From the NCBI GenBank assembly GCA_016197225.1, contig JACPWC010000071.1, positions 14,217 to 78,216 on the forward strand: 64,000 nucleotides of DNA, read 5' to 3'. Within the stretch, counting starts at the first letter, position 1. Each line of letters starts with the position of its first letter. Position numbers and translations under genes: made by a program. Shown here piece by piece: positions 17,301 to 26,059 of the stretch. This DNA is from Chloroflexota bacterium. GTDB taxonomy: Bacteria > Chloroflexota > Anaerolineae > Anaerolineales > VGOW01. The notes under the pieces were generated by a model. It was not told the origin of the DNA and did not search any database. It saw nothing but the letters and a program-made list of their open reading frames with translations.

Positions 17301-18473
17301 ATGAGTTGGTTGGATCTGTTGCAAACGGTCATTGATAATTTGCGAGACGGGTTCGAACGCCGCGAACAACCCATCCAAAATTCAAATGACCATCGCATGC
17401 GCCCATTAACACGAGATGATGTCATAAAGATGATTCAGCAGAATGGTGGCTCAGAAGGTTTAGACCTATCCAAATGTGATCTGTCGGGAGCGGATTTACG
17501 CAATCTGAGTCTGCGCGGGGTCATATTTGGCAGATGTGATTTTGTAACCACAGGATACGGCGCAAACCTGGTAGGCGCTACCTTTACCGACTCCGACCTG
17601 ACGCGAGCTAATCTGACGCATACAAACCTTCAAGATGCCGGTTTTTGGGAAGCCAATCTCTATGAAGCATCATTGTTTGCGGCTCAAGCTCAGAATGCAC
17701 ATTTTGGTCGAGCTGATCTGAGGCGAGCCGACTTGTATGGTTGTCAATTAGGCGGCGCTAATTTGTGGTACGCTCGTTTGGAGGAAGCCAACCTCGCAAC
17801 TGCTAGACTCGCCGACGCCTTAGTTACAGGCGTTCAATTGGGTGATTTTCTATTACAGGAAAAGCAGAAAGACTATGAAGAATACTTCGAACGTTGGTAT
17901 GCAAGAGACCTGCCAGCCAAGTATCGAGAACGCCACCTGAAACTCAGGTATCACGAAGCCACCGAAATATATATGAATCTCAAGAACGCCTACTTGTCAC
18001 ATGGGCGCTACAAGGAAGCAAGTCGGGCATATATCAATGAGCGTCTATCAAGGCGGGCGACTTGTGCCCCATGGCGAGCGAAAGCATATTACAGCACCGA
18101 ATGGAATAGTAGCATTTTGAGAAAACTTTGGTTCTACCCCAAATATTTCGTTACATGGATTTTGGATTGGTTGGCAGACTTGCTGTGTGGTTATGGCGAA
18201 AAACCTCTTCGCACCGTGCTATGGGCGGGCGTTATTCTACTGGCATTCCCTCTCCTATTTGCCTTGTCAGGTGGTGTTGTTTCGCGGAGTGGACAAATGA
18301 CGTGGCTGGATTACTTGAACTACAGTTTGGGAACTTTCACTACGATAGGGTTTAGCCAATTCGAAGCCCAAACGCCTTTAGCGCAAGTTCTGACCAGTAT
18401 CGAAGCCTTGCTCGGTATTTCCACTTTGGCATTACTAATGTTTACTTTAGGCAATCGTATCAGTCGGTCGTAG
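17301..18473 (+). CDS. pentapeptide-repeat protein fused to a two-TM, K+-channel-like pore domain
   Basis: Runs of A(D/N)LxG-type pentapeptides (CDLSGADLRNLSLRGVIF...ANLVGATFTDSDLTRANLTHTNLQDAGFWEANLYEASL). C-terminal TM helices flank LGTFTTIGFSQF, which resembles a pore-helix/selectivity-filter motif. The region is visibly AT-richer. Confidence 0.7.
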   Translation: MSWLDLLQTVIDNLRDGFERREQPIQNSNDHRMRPLTRDDVIKMIQQNGGSEGLDLSKCDLSGADLRNLSLRGVIFGRCDFVTTGYGANLVGATFTDSDLTRANLTHTNLQDAGFWEANLYEASLFAAQAQNAHFGRADLRRADLYGCQLGGANLWYARLEEANLATARLADALVTGVQLGDFLLQEKQKDYEEYFERWYARDLPAKYRERHLKLRYHEATEIYMNLKNAYLSHGRYKEASRAYINERLSRRATCAPWRAKAYYSTEWNSSILRKLWFYPKYFVTWILDWLADLLCGYGEKPLRTVLWAGVILLAFPLLFALSGGVVSRSGQMTWLDYLNYSLGTFTTIGFSQFEAQTPLAQVLTSIEALLGISTLALLMFTLGNRISRS

Positions 18474-18498
18474 GGAATTTGAAATCGCCACCTAGCCC

Positions 18499-18620
18499 CA
18501 ATACGGTTCGGTTAAGCCGTATCGGGGCTTGCCCGCTTGAAGTTTCGCCAAGTTTATAGCCAAAATCGCGATGTTTTCAGCCAAATCCAACGGATGTGAT
18601 CTGCTAACCGAACCGTATTG
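18499..18620. mobile_element. 122-bp MITE-like element with perfect 16-bp terminal inverted repeats and a 10-bp target-site duplication
   Basis: The TIRs are caatacggttcggtta (18499-18514) and taaccgaaccgtattg (18605-18620). They are flanked by direct repeats cacctagccc at 18489-18498 and 18621-18630. There is no ORF inside. Confidence 0.75.
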
Positions 18621-18694
18621 CACCTAGCCCGCGAATGCAGGTGCTGTTGGGCAAGCTACATCGGATGAACAACTCTATCCCCTCCGAACTCAAA

Positions 18695-19129
18695 ATGACC
18701 TCCCCCTTCAAATTCTTCACCCCCCTCAAAGTCCGCTTCAACGAAACCGACCTGCAGGGCCACGTCAACTTTGCCCACTATCTCACCTATTTCGACGTGG
18801 GCGCGACCGAGTACATGGCCGCCATCGGTTACGACTACGACGCTTTGCTGGCCGAGGGTGTTGACCTGCTGTACGCCGAGTCGCACTGCAATTACAAATC
18901 GCCGGTCAAGTGGCCCGAAACTTTGCGAATTCACACCCGCATCGCCGAACTTGGCCGCCGCAGTCTGCGCTACGAATTTGACGTTCGGGCCGAGCAGGAC
19001 GGACGGCAAGTGGCCACCGGCCACATCATCGCCATCATCGCCGAGCGCGGGACGTGGGCCGAACGGGAAGTGCCGGCCAAACTCCGGCAGGCGGTTACAA
19101 ACTACGAAAACAAGGAGATTACACAATGA
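18695..19129 (+). CDS. 4-hydroxybenzoyl-CoA-thioesterase-family (YbgC-like hotdog) acyl-CoA thioesterase
   Basis: VRFNETDLQGHVNFAHYLTYFD ... LYAESHCNYKSPVKWPETLRI is the typical hotdog thioesterase pattern. The start is either ATG 18695 or 18665. Confidence 0.8.
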   Translation: MTSPFKFFTPLKVRFNETDLQGHVNFAHYLTYFDVGATEYMAAIGYDYDALLAEGVDLLYAESHCNYKSPVKWPETLRIHTRIAELGRRSLRYEFDVRAEQDGRQVATGHIIAIIAERGTWAEREVPAKLRQAVTNYENKEITQ

Positions 19130-20086
19130 ATTCAACAGCAGATGTCGTCGTCATCGGCGGCGGAGTCATGGGCGCGAGCACGGCGTTCCGGCTGGCCGAG
19201 CGTGGGCTAAAGGTGACGCTGGTGGAGAAGAGTTTCCTGGCCGGCGGCACCACCGGCAAATCGTCGGCCATTGTTCGTCAGCATTACTCAAATGAGACCA
19301 CGGCTCGCATGGCGCTGTTCGCCCTGAGCATCTTCCAAAACTTTGCCGAGGCCACCGGCGGCGAGTGCGGCTACATGCCGGTTGGCTTCGTGGTGCTGGC
19401 CTCGGCGAACGATCGCGAAGGACTGGCGGCCAACGTGGCGATGCAGCAGAGCGTGGGCATCAACACTCGCCTGCTCTCAGCCGAAGAAATTCGCGAAATC
19501 GCGCCCGGAATGGCCCAATGCAAAACTGTTCTCAATAAAAAGGCTTTTCTATTTGTGCACAAGTGTCAAAATACAGTTTTTTAAAAGTTTTATTCTTCCA
19601 TATTTTGACTATTGTGCCGCGCCTCACGTTTTCGTTGACTTCCCCAACGTCGCCTACTTCCGCCCTGAAACCGGCGGCATGACCCTGGTGGGTTCAGTCG
19701 ATCCGGTCGAGGCCGACGATCGCGCCAACCCGGACAGCTACAACGAGCGGGTTGACTTTGAGTTTGTGGCCGACTCTGGAACCAAGCTGGCGCGGCGCTT
19801 TCCGTGCATGGAGCGCGGCGTGAGCCGCGGCGGCTACGCCGGCATTTATGACGTAACGCCGGACTGGCATCCGGTGATTGACGAAGTTCCGGCTGGCAGC
19901 GGATTCTTCGTCGCCGCCGGGCACAGCGGGCACGGTTTCAAATTAAGCCCCGCCGTCGGAGTGATGGTGGCCGACCTTGTTACCGGCCAGCGCACCGAAG
20001 GCCTTGACCCAACTTTGTTCCGCTTTGCGCGTTACGCTGAAGGCCGGCCTGTGCGCGGACGATATGACTATGGTATTGCGGGTTAG
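19126..20086 (+). pseudogene. DAO/sarcosine-oxidase-beta-family FAD oxidoreductase, disrupted (frameshift plus internal replacement)
   Basis: The N-terminal part (DVVVIGGGVMGASTAFRLAERG...EEIREIAPGM, frame 1) runs into stops at 19582. The C-terminal part (VAYFRPETGGMTLVGS...GHSGHGFKLSPAVG, frame 2) resumes near 19640. About 100 aa of the central domain is absent, and an AT-rich ~110-bp filler sits between the parts. Confidence 0.75.
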
Positions 20087-20136
20087 GCGACTGCTTCGCT
20101 TGATGAGTGAAAAACAGCGACCGCCGGGCTGAAACG

Positions 20137-20234
20137 CTCAGAGCCTGTTTGAAAATTGCTCAAAGCCCGCGTCCTCGCGGGCGTTCCCAACCGCGAGGAC
20201 GCGGTTGGGGAGCATTTATTAAACAGGCTCTCAG
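20137..20234. repeat. nested palindromic element upstream of an orphan gene
   Basis: The outer stem is agagcctgttt / aaacaggctct. The inner stem is a perfect 13 bp, cgcgtcctcgcgg (20168-20180) / ccgcgaggacgcg (20191-20203). An alternative pairing is cccaacc / ggttggg. Confidence 0.6.
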
Positions 20235-20285
20235 GAGGGATATAATGCGGGTTAGGCGCAACGTGCCAAAACCGGAGAGGCAAGC

Positions 20286-21554
20286 ATGGCCAAAACAACT
20301 TCAACCCGCCACACCCCCTTCAACCTCAACAGCTTTTTCAAGCAACTCAACATTCCCGAACCGGAACGGGCGCTCGTAGCCGACTGCCTGGCGCGCGGCC
20401 TCGAGCACTATTACCAGCACATTTACGGCTACAACAAATATGGCCGCCGCCCCGACTTCTTGATTCCGGAGCGCATGCACGAACCTTATATCTTCGGTTT
20501 CGGCGCGGTGGAAGTCGTGCGGCTTGAGACCCTGTCGCAGGAAACGCGGCTGAAGATCACCCAATATGCGTTTCAACAAATTGACGCCAATGCCGAGTAC
20601 GGCACGCCGCACGGTCTGCCGGTGATGATCAGCTACCTGGCCGGCCTGGGCCAGCTCGACCCGGCCAGCTTTCGCTCGCTGATGATCGCCGCCGACTTTG
20701 GCGGCCCGCTCTTCGACGACTGGGAACTGATGGAAGTGCGCCGCCTGTTCGAGTGGCTGATCGCCAAGGCCGACATCCCGGAGCCAGAGCGGCTGTGGTG
20801 GCTGTGGCATCTGTGCGTCAATTGCGAGTCAACGCAAATGTGCCGCTCCCTGGCCGAAGTGCTGTTGACCGACACAAAGCTTTCCAAAGCCGGCAAGCGC
20901 GCCCTGTGTGAAGCCTGGCTGGCCGACGCTCCGGTCGGCAAGCCGCCGGCTCAGTGGGAAGCCATGCAAGCCCTGTTGAGCGGCAACGTGGACGCCTTCA
21001 CCGCCCACGCCGCCGAGGCCGGTCTGCCCGTCTCTGGAACCCTGCCCACCCGTGAAGCCATCGAGGCCGAATACGACTCGGCCCTGGACGCCTTGATGGC
21101 CGACGACGACAAAGCTTTCGACACGCCCACCTCCATCCACCTCTTCCGAAAAATGCTGGTCGGGCCGCTGGGGCTGGTGGTCCTCACGCCCGGCGCGTTG
21201 AAACGAGCCGCCATCTCGGCTTTGCCCAGCCTGGGCCAGTCGCCGCTCAAAGTGTGCCAGCAGTATCTCGGCTCGGCCAGGGAATACTATGCCGACACTA
21301 TCAATCAAGGCGTGGCCGACGTGATTCGCGCTTACCACCACAAGATGACGGGCGAGGAAATCAAGACCCTGATTGAGCGCGGCCTCAAAGTGGGCGCGGT
21401 GCCCACCCGCAAAACCTTTTATCAACTGGGGGCTGACCTTCTCGGCGAAAAGTTTATGAAGCGGGCGGCGCGCGACAGCGCCAAGTCCATCCGCGAGTGG
21501 GCGGCAAGGAAAACCGAAAGCGCCCCCAAAAAGAGGCGGGTCACCCGTGTCTAA
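20286..21554 (+). CDS. hypothetical protein (422 aa), no recognisable domain
   Basis: A long ORF with ordinary amino-acid composition and a basic C-terminal tail (KKRRVTRV). The antisense ORFs are Arg/Gly-rich artefacts. Confidence 0.5.
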   Translation: MAKTTSTRHTPFNLNSFFKQLNIPEPERALVADCLARGLEHYYQHIYGYNKYGRRPDFLIPERMHEPYIFGFGAVEVVRLETLSQETRLKITQYAFQQIDANAEYGTPHGLPVMISYLAGLGQLDPASFRSLMIAADFGGPLFDDWELMEVRRLFEWLIAKADIPEPERLWWLWHLCVNCESTQMCRSLAEVLLTDTKLSKAGKRALCEAWLADAPVGKPPAQWEAMQALLSGNVDAFTAHAAEAGLPVSGTLPTREAIEAEYDSALDALMADDDKAFDTPTSIHLFRKMLVGPLGLVVLTPGALKRAAISALPSLGQSPLKVCQQYLGSAREYYADTINQGVADVIRAYHHKMTGEEIKTLIERGLKVGAVPTRKTFYQLGADLLGEKFMKRAARDSAKSIREWAARKTESAPKKRRVTRV

Positions 21555-21593
21555 TCGCTTCACATTTGATTCATCAAGGAGCTTCCCCTTTTT

Positions 21594-22733
21594 ATGACTC
21601 TTCCCTCTCCAGCTTTTGTCAAAGGGTTGGCCGGCGTGGTCGCCGCCCAAACTGCCCTGTCGTCGGTGGACGGCGCCAACGGCGTGCTCACTTATCGCGG
21701 CCTCAACATCCACGACCTGGCCGGAAATGTTGAATACGAAGAAGTTGTGCATCTATTGCTTTACGGAACGCTTCCCACCCAGGCGCAGTTGACCACCCTC
21801 AAAAAGGAACTGGCCGCCAACCGCAAACTCCCTAAAGCCGTTCTCGACCTGATCCGGTCTGCGCCCAAAAAAGCCGTGCCCATGGATACCCTGCGCACGG
21901 TCATCTCGGCCCTGGCGCTTCACGAAAAAGATGTAGACGATATTTCGCTGGAGGCCACGCGCCGCAAGGGCCTCCGCCTCACGGCCCAAATGGCAACCGT
22001 CGTGGCCGCCATCCAGCGCGCCCGCAAAGGCAAAGAGATTCTCAATCCTAAGCCGGGCTTGAGCCACGCCGAGAATTTTCTCTACATGCTTCACGGCGAA
22101 AAGCGAAACCGGCTTGAGAACGAGACGATGAACTTGTATTTCGTTCTGCTGGCCGATCACTCGCTCAACGCCTCGACCTTCACCGCCCGCGTCGTGTCGT
22201 CCACCAACGCCGACTTGCACGCCGCCGTCACCGCCGCGCTGGGCGCACTCAAGGGCAACCTGCACGGCGGCGCGGCAGAAGCCACCATGAACACGCTGTT
22301 GGAAATCGGTGCGATTGATAAAGTCAATCCTTTCGTGGACAACGCCTTTGCCAACAAACGCAAAATCATGGGCATCGGCCACCGCATTTACAAGCACGGC
22401 GACCCGCGCGCCCGGCACTTGCTGGAGTGGGCGCGCAAGATGGAAACCGCCGAAGGCAAGGGCAACAATTACGTGGACATGGCTCTGGCGGTGGAGCAGG
22501 CCGTCTTGCGTCATCGCGAGTTGTACCCGAACGTAGACTTTTTCTCCGCGCCTTTGCTCTACTATCTCGGCGTCCCGACGGACTTGGACACCTGTGTGTT
22601 CGCCGTCTCCCGCGTGGCGGGCTGGGCGGCGCACGTGATCGAGCAGTACAACGACTCGGCTCTGATCCGGCCGGCCGCGCAGTACACCGGCCCGGCAGAA
22701 CAGGCGCTTGTGTCAATTGAAGATCGGAAGTAA
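21594..22733 (+). CDS. citrate synthase / 2-methylcitrate synthase family
   Basis: LADHSLNASTF and GIGHRIYKHGDPRA active-site blocks, 379 aa. Confidence 0.9.
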   Translation: MTLPSPAFVKGLAGVVAAQTALSSVDGANGVLTYRGLNIHDLAGNVEYEEVVHLLLYGTLPTQAQLTTLKKELAANRKLPKAVLDLIRSAPKKAVPMDTLRTVISALALHEKDVDDISLEATRRKGLRLTAQMATVVAAIQRARKGKEILNPKPGLSHAENFLYMLHGEKRNRLENETMNLYFVLLADHSLNASTFTARVVSSTNADLHAAVTAALGALKGNLHGGAAEATMNTLLEIGAIDKVNPFVDNAFANKRKIMGIGHRIYKHGDPRARHLLEWARKMETAEGKGNNYVDMALAVEQAVLRHRELYPNVDFFSAPLLYYLGVPTDLDTCVFAVSRVAGWAAHVIEQYNDSALIRPAAQYTGPAEQALVSIEDRK

Positions 22734-22742
22734 TCTAAGGCC

Positions 22743-23048
22743 ATGACGAATCCATCCTTTCCCTCCAACTCCGACGAACTCGTGCGGCTGATCCAGGACG
22801 CCGCTTCGGGCGCGATCGCGCCTGAAATGTTCCTCAGGCTTTTCCGCGAAACGCACGAAGTGCTGGAGAGGGCCGGACGAGTGAGATACGCCTCTAAAGA
22901 ACAGGCCCGTTTGATCTGGGATGTGTTGTGGGATATGGAGTATTGCTCGCCCGACCCCTCGAAAGAGGCCAGGCCGGGTGACTGGCACACGGCGGATCAC
23001 CTGATGAAAACGGTGAAGCACACCGCAGAGAAGCTGGCAAAGTTGTGA
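22743..23048 (+). CDS. hypothetical small protein (101 aa)
   Basis: The ORF ends just before a strong hairpin terminator. I recognise no family. Confidence 0.4.
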   Translation: MTNPSFPSNSDELVRLIQDAASGAIAPEMFLRLFRETHEVLERAGRVRYASKEQARLIWDVLWDMEYCSPDPSKEARPGDWHTADHLMKTVKHTAEKLAKL

Positions 23049-23057
23049 AAGAAAAAC

Positions 23058-23089
23058 GCCCGAAGGTTCATAACCTTCGGGCATTTTTT
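23058..23089. terminator. bidirectional rho-independent-type terminator between convergent genes
   Basis: An 11-bp stem gcccgaaggtt / aaccttcgggc with a 3-nt loop. An A-run lies upstream and a T-run (tttttt) downstream. Confidence 0.75.
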
Positions 23090-23092
23090 GTT

Positions 23093-26059
23093 TCACCATT
23101 CTGCAAGTTTCCAGATTTCCGGTTGCCATTTGCTGGTATTCGCGCCAACGCCGGCCTCGACGCCAATTTCGGCGAACAGGACGACGGCTCGTTTGAGATG
23201 TTGCATGGCGGCTTCGGTTTGGCCGTCGGTGTGTAAAAGATCGGCCAGGTTGTTGTGCAGAGCCGCTTCGCGGTGACGGTCGCCCTGCGAAGCGCACAAC
23301 TTCAAGGCCCGTTCAGTGAGCGTGATTGCAGTCGCCGTCTGTTCATTAGCCCCAAAGGCCAGCGCCAGATTATTCAATGCCGCCGCCTGCGCGCCCGTGT
23401 CGCCCAAAGTTTCGGCCAGCGCCAGGCTACGCTCAAGATGAAGTTGAGCAGTCGGGAGGTCGGCCTGACTGCTGGCGAGAATGCCGAGAATGTTGTGCGC
23501 TTGCGCCAGCGCCCGCTGGTCGCCGCCGGCCTCGGCCAGCGTCAGCGCCTGCCGAGCCAGATCGAGCGCCCGCTCTGTTTGACCTCGATGATGAGCGGTG
23601 AGACTCCAGTCGGCCAGAACACGGGCGCGGCCACCTTGAGAACCGTCCACGCCGAACGCCGCCAGCGCGGCCTCAAAATGGCGCTCGGCCAGTTCCCCAT
23701 CACCACGTCGTTCGTAAACATTGCCCAGTTTGTGTTCCAGTTCGGCCAGCGCCTCGAGTGAGCCGAGCGCCGCCGCCGTCTGGTAACTCGTCAGGGCAAC
23801 GCCGTATTCGCCGGCCAGCGTTTGCAGATCGCCAATCGCTTCGTGCAGGGCGGTGGGATCAGGATGGCCTAAGGCCAGCGCCGAGCGATAGTGCGAGAGG
23901 GCTTCGGCATTGGCATACAGCTTGCGGGCGTGGTCGCCCGCCAGTTTGTAGTAGTGGGCGGCTTCGGCGTTGCGACCGCCCAGCCGGTAGTGCAAGGCAA
24001 CCTGGCCGGCGAGCGGCCCGGGCGGCGTTTGAGCGCGGGCGCGCGAGGTGAGGGCTTCGGCCACGCGCCGGTGCAGGAGCCGGCGGCGGGCGAGGCTGGT
24101 TTCGTCGTAAACCAGGGCGCGCAGTTTGTCATGGCCGAAGTCATACGTCAGCGCGCCGTCGCCGCCGCCCACTTCGTGGACGAGACCGCGCGCGATCAGA
24201 GATTCCAGTCCGGCCACCGTTTCTTCGTCACTGCGGCCACTGGCAACTTGCAGAGTGTCGAAGTCAAACGAGCGCCCGATGACGGCGGCGGCGCCGAGCA
24301 ATTGTCTGCCGGCGTCGTCAATTATTGCCAGGCGCGAGTGAAGCAGGCCGCGCACACCTTCGGGCAGAGGCCACTCGGCCTCAGGCCCGCCGCCGCCCAG
24401 CGCCGCCAGATATTCGACGAGAAAGAGCGGGAGGCCTTCGGTCTCGTGGTACAGCCGCTCCGCAATCCGGCTTTCGGGCGCGGACTTCATCGTTAGTTGA
24501 ACCAGTTCTGCGACTGCGGATTGGCTGAGCCGCGAGAGCGAGAGCAGGTGGGCCAGCCCGGCCCGTTGCGATTCGGCCAGCGCCTGACGCAGGCGATGCC
24601 CGGTCGGCACCTGCTCGTCGCGCCACGTTCCCAGCAGGCACAGGCGATGGCCGCGCAGGCGGCGCGCCAGGTAGGCGAAGAGGTCCAGCGAGGCCTCGTC
24701 AATCCAGTGGAGGTCGTCCAGAAAAACGACGGTGGGCAAGTCGTTTCCCAACGCCAGCAAAATCTGGGTGATGCTTTCAAAGAAGCGGCTTTGCGCGCCG
24801 GGGCTGTCGAGAGGCGGTGTGGGCGGCAGGTCGCTCCTCAGGTTAGCCAGGTCAGGCAACAGCCGGGCGGCCTCGCTCAACCAGTGTGGCTCCAATGACT
24901 CAAGCCGGGCGGCAATGGCCGGTTGCCTCAGCGCCGATTGCAGGGCTTCGAGGAAGGGGCCATAGGCCAGGTTGCGTTCGCCTTCGTAGCAACGGGCGGG
25001 GAGCGTGGTCGCGCCTTGAGCCTGCGCCCGCTCGATGAAGGCCTCTGCCAGTCGCGTCTTGCCGATCCCAGCTTCACCCTCTATCACGATCAACGCGCCG
25101 TCCGCGCTCTGAGAGGCATACTGATTTTGCAAGGCGGCAACTTCGGCGGAACGACCGATGAGGGGGAGGTTAGAGGTTAGAGGCTGGAGGTTAGAAGTTA
25201 GAGGTTGGAGATTGGACGCCTGAACTACGGCGGGAAGTTGGACGCCTGAACTACGGCGGGAAGTTGGGATTTGGGATTTGGGGCTTGGAGTTTCCGTCGT
25301 CGGGCGGTTCTCTTTGATAGCCTCGTACAGCCGCGTCGTCTCTTCCAGCGGCGGCACGCCGAGTTCTTCGTCAAGAATTCGCGCACACTCCTGATACTGG
25401 CGCAGGGCGGCGGCGCGTTGCCCGGCGCAATCATACAACGACATGAGCCAGCGGTGAGCCGGTTCGTGCATCGGGTCGAGGGAGAGCCAGCGCCGAGCGT
25501 GGGCAATGGCGGCGTCCACTTCGCCGGCTGTGCTGTGACACTTCACCAGCCGTTCCAAAGCGTCGGCCAGTTCGCGGCGCAGTCCTTCACTCTGAAAAAA
25601 TTGCCAGTCGTCGAAGGCGGGGCTGTCGCGCAGGCTGAAGCCGGCCAGGAAGTCGTCGTGGTAAAGCGTCACTGCCTCAGAAAGGGGATGGACGCAACGC
25701 GGGCAGGGGTCGTGAGGCGGGTGACCGTGAGTCCGGCAATCGGCCAGGCGGCGGTGAAACTCGGCCACGTCCACCCAGGCCGCCCCCGTCTCCAAATTCA
25801 CCGCCTCCCGCTCAATCCTCAATCCTTCTCCATCCAGCGCCTTATTCAACACCGAGAGAGTGCGGCGCAGGGCGGCGTGCGCTTTGGCCTCGTCGGCGTC
25901 AGGCCAGAAGAGGGTTGCCAGGCGCTCGCGGCTGTGCAGTTCGCCCGTCACCGCCAGGTAGACGGCGAGGGCGGTGGCTTTGCGCGTGTCCACTTCGATG
26001 GGTGCGCCGTCGAGTTCGACGCGGGGCGAGCCGAGGAGGTGAAAAGCAAGCCGGGGCAT
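23093..26059 (-). CDS. SARP/BTAD-family transcriptional activator fused to an AAA/STAND ATPase and TPR repeats (AfsR-like)
   Basis: N-terminal LLGSPRVELDGAPIEVDTRKATALAVYLA is a winged-helix motif, and a BTAD region follows. The Walker A is IEGEAGIGKTRL, and the C-terminal TPR-like repeats are rich in LGNVYERRGD/AHNILGIL patterns. Confidence 0.85.
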   Translation of the reverse strand: MPRLAFHLLGSPRVELDGAPIEVDTRKATALAVYLAVTGELHSRERLATLFWPDADEAKAHAALRRTLSVLNKALDGEGLRIEREAVNLETGAAWVDVAEFHRRLADCRTHGHPPHDPCPRCVHPLSEAVTLYHDDFLAGFSLRDSPAFDDWQFFQSEGLRRELADALERLVKCHSTAGEVDAAIAHARRWLSLDPMHEPAHRWLMSLYDCAGQRAAALRQYQECARILDEELGVPPLEETTRLYEAIKENRPTTETPSPKSQIPTSRRSSGVQLPAVVQASNLQPLTSNLQPLTSNLPLIGRSAEVAALQNQYASQSADGALIVIEGEAGIGKTRLAEAFIERAQAQGATTLPARCYEGERNLAYGPFLEALQSALRQPAIAARLESLEPHWLSEAARLLPDLANLRSDLPPTPPLDSPGAQSRFFESITQILLALGNDLPTVVFLDDLHWIDEASLDLFAYLARRLRGHRLCLLGTWRDEQVPTGHRLRQALAESQRAGLAHLLSLSRLSQSAVAELVQLTMKSAPESRIAERLYHETEGLPLFLVEYLAALGGGGPEAEWPLPEGVRGLLHSRLAIIDDAGRQLLGAAAVIGRSFDFDTLQVASGRSDEETVAGLESLIARGLVHEVGGGDGALTYDFGHDKLRALVYDETSLARRRLLHRRVAEALTSRARAQTPPGPLAGQVALHYRLGGRNAEAAHYYKLAGDHARKLYANAEALSHYRSALALGHPDPTALHEAIGDLQTLAGEYGVALTSYQTAAALGSLEALAELEHKLGNVYERRGDGELAERHFEAALAAFGVDGSQGGRARVLADWSLTAHHRGQTERALDLARQALTLAEAGGDQRALAQAHNILGILASSQADLPTAQLHLERSLALAETLGDTGAQAAALNNLALAFGANEQTATAITLTERALKLCASQGDRHREAALHNNLADLLHTDGQTEAAMQHLKRAVVLFAEIGVEAGVGANTSKWQPEIWKLAEW
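25165..25290. repeat. composite repeat block inside the SARP gene: GGTTAGA heptamers, a 26-bp tandem duplication and TTGGGAT heptamers
   Basis: ggaggttagaggttagaggctggaggttagaagttagaggttggagattgg is followed by ttggacgcctgaactacggcgggaag twice (25212-25237 and 25238-25263), then ttgggatttgggatttgggg. On the minus strand it encodes SNLQPLTSNLQPLTSNLP. Confidence 0.85.

Noticed and set aside
22743-23048. Assigning the 101-aa protein to a colicin/pyocin-immunity-like family.
   Set aside because: This was only a vague impression from length and helical composition. I cannot point to any diagnostic motif.
23045-23276. Small ORFs 23045-23236 and 23088-23276.
   Set aside because: They are antisense to the well-supported 3' end of the SARP gene and span the terminator hairpin. 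They have no motifs.
25212-25263. Interpreting the 26-bp tandem duplication as a frameshift that makes the SARP regulator a pseudogene.
   Set aside because: The 988-aa ORF is uninterrupted, and the BTAD and ATPase/TPR domains on either side are in the same frame. The gene is therefore scored as intact, with a repeat-derived linker.
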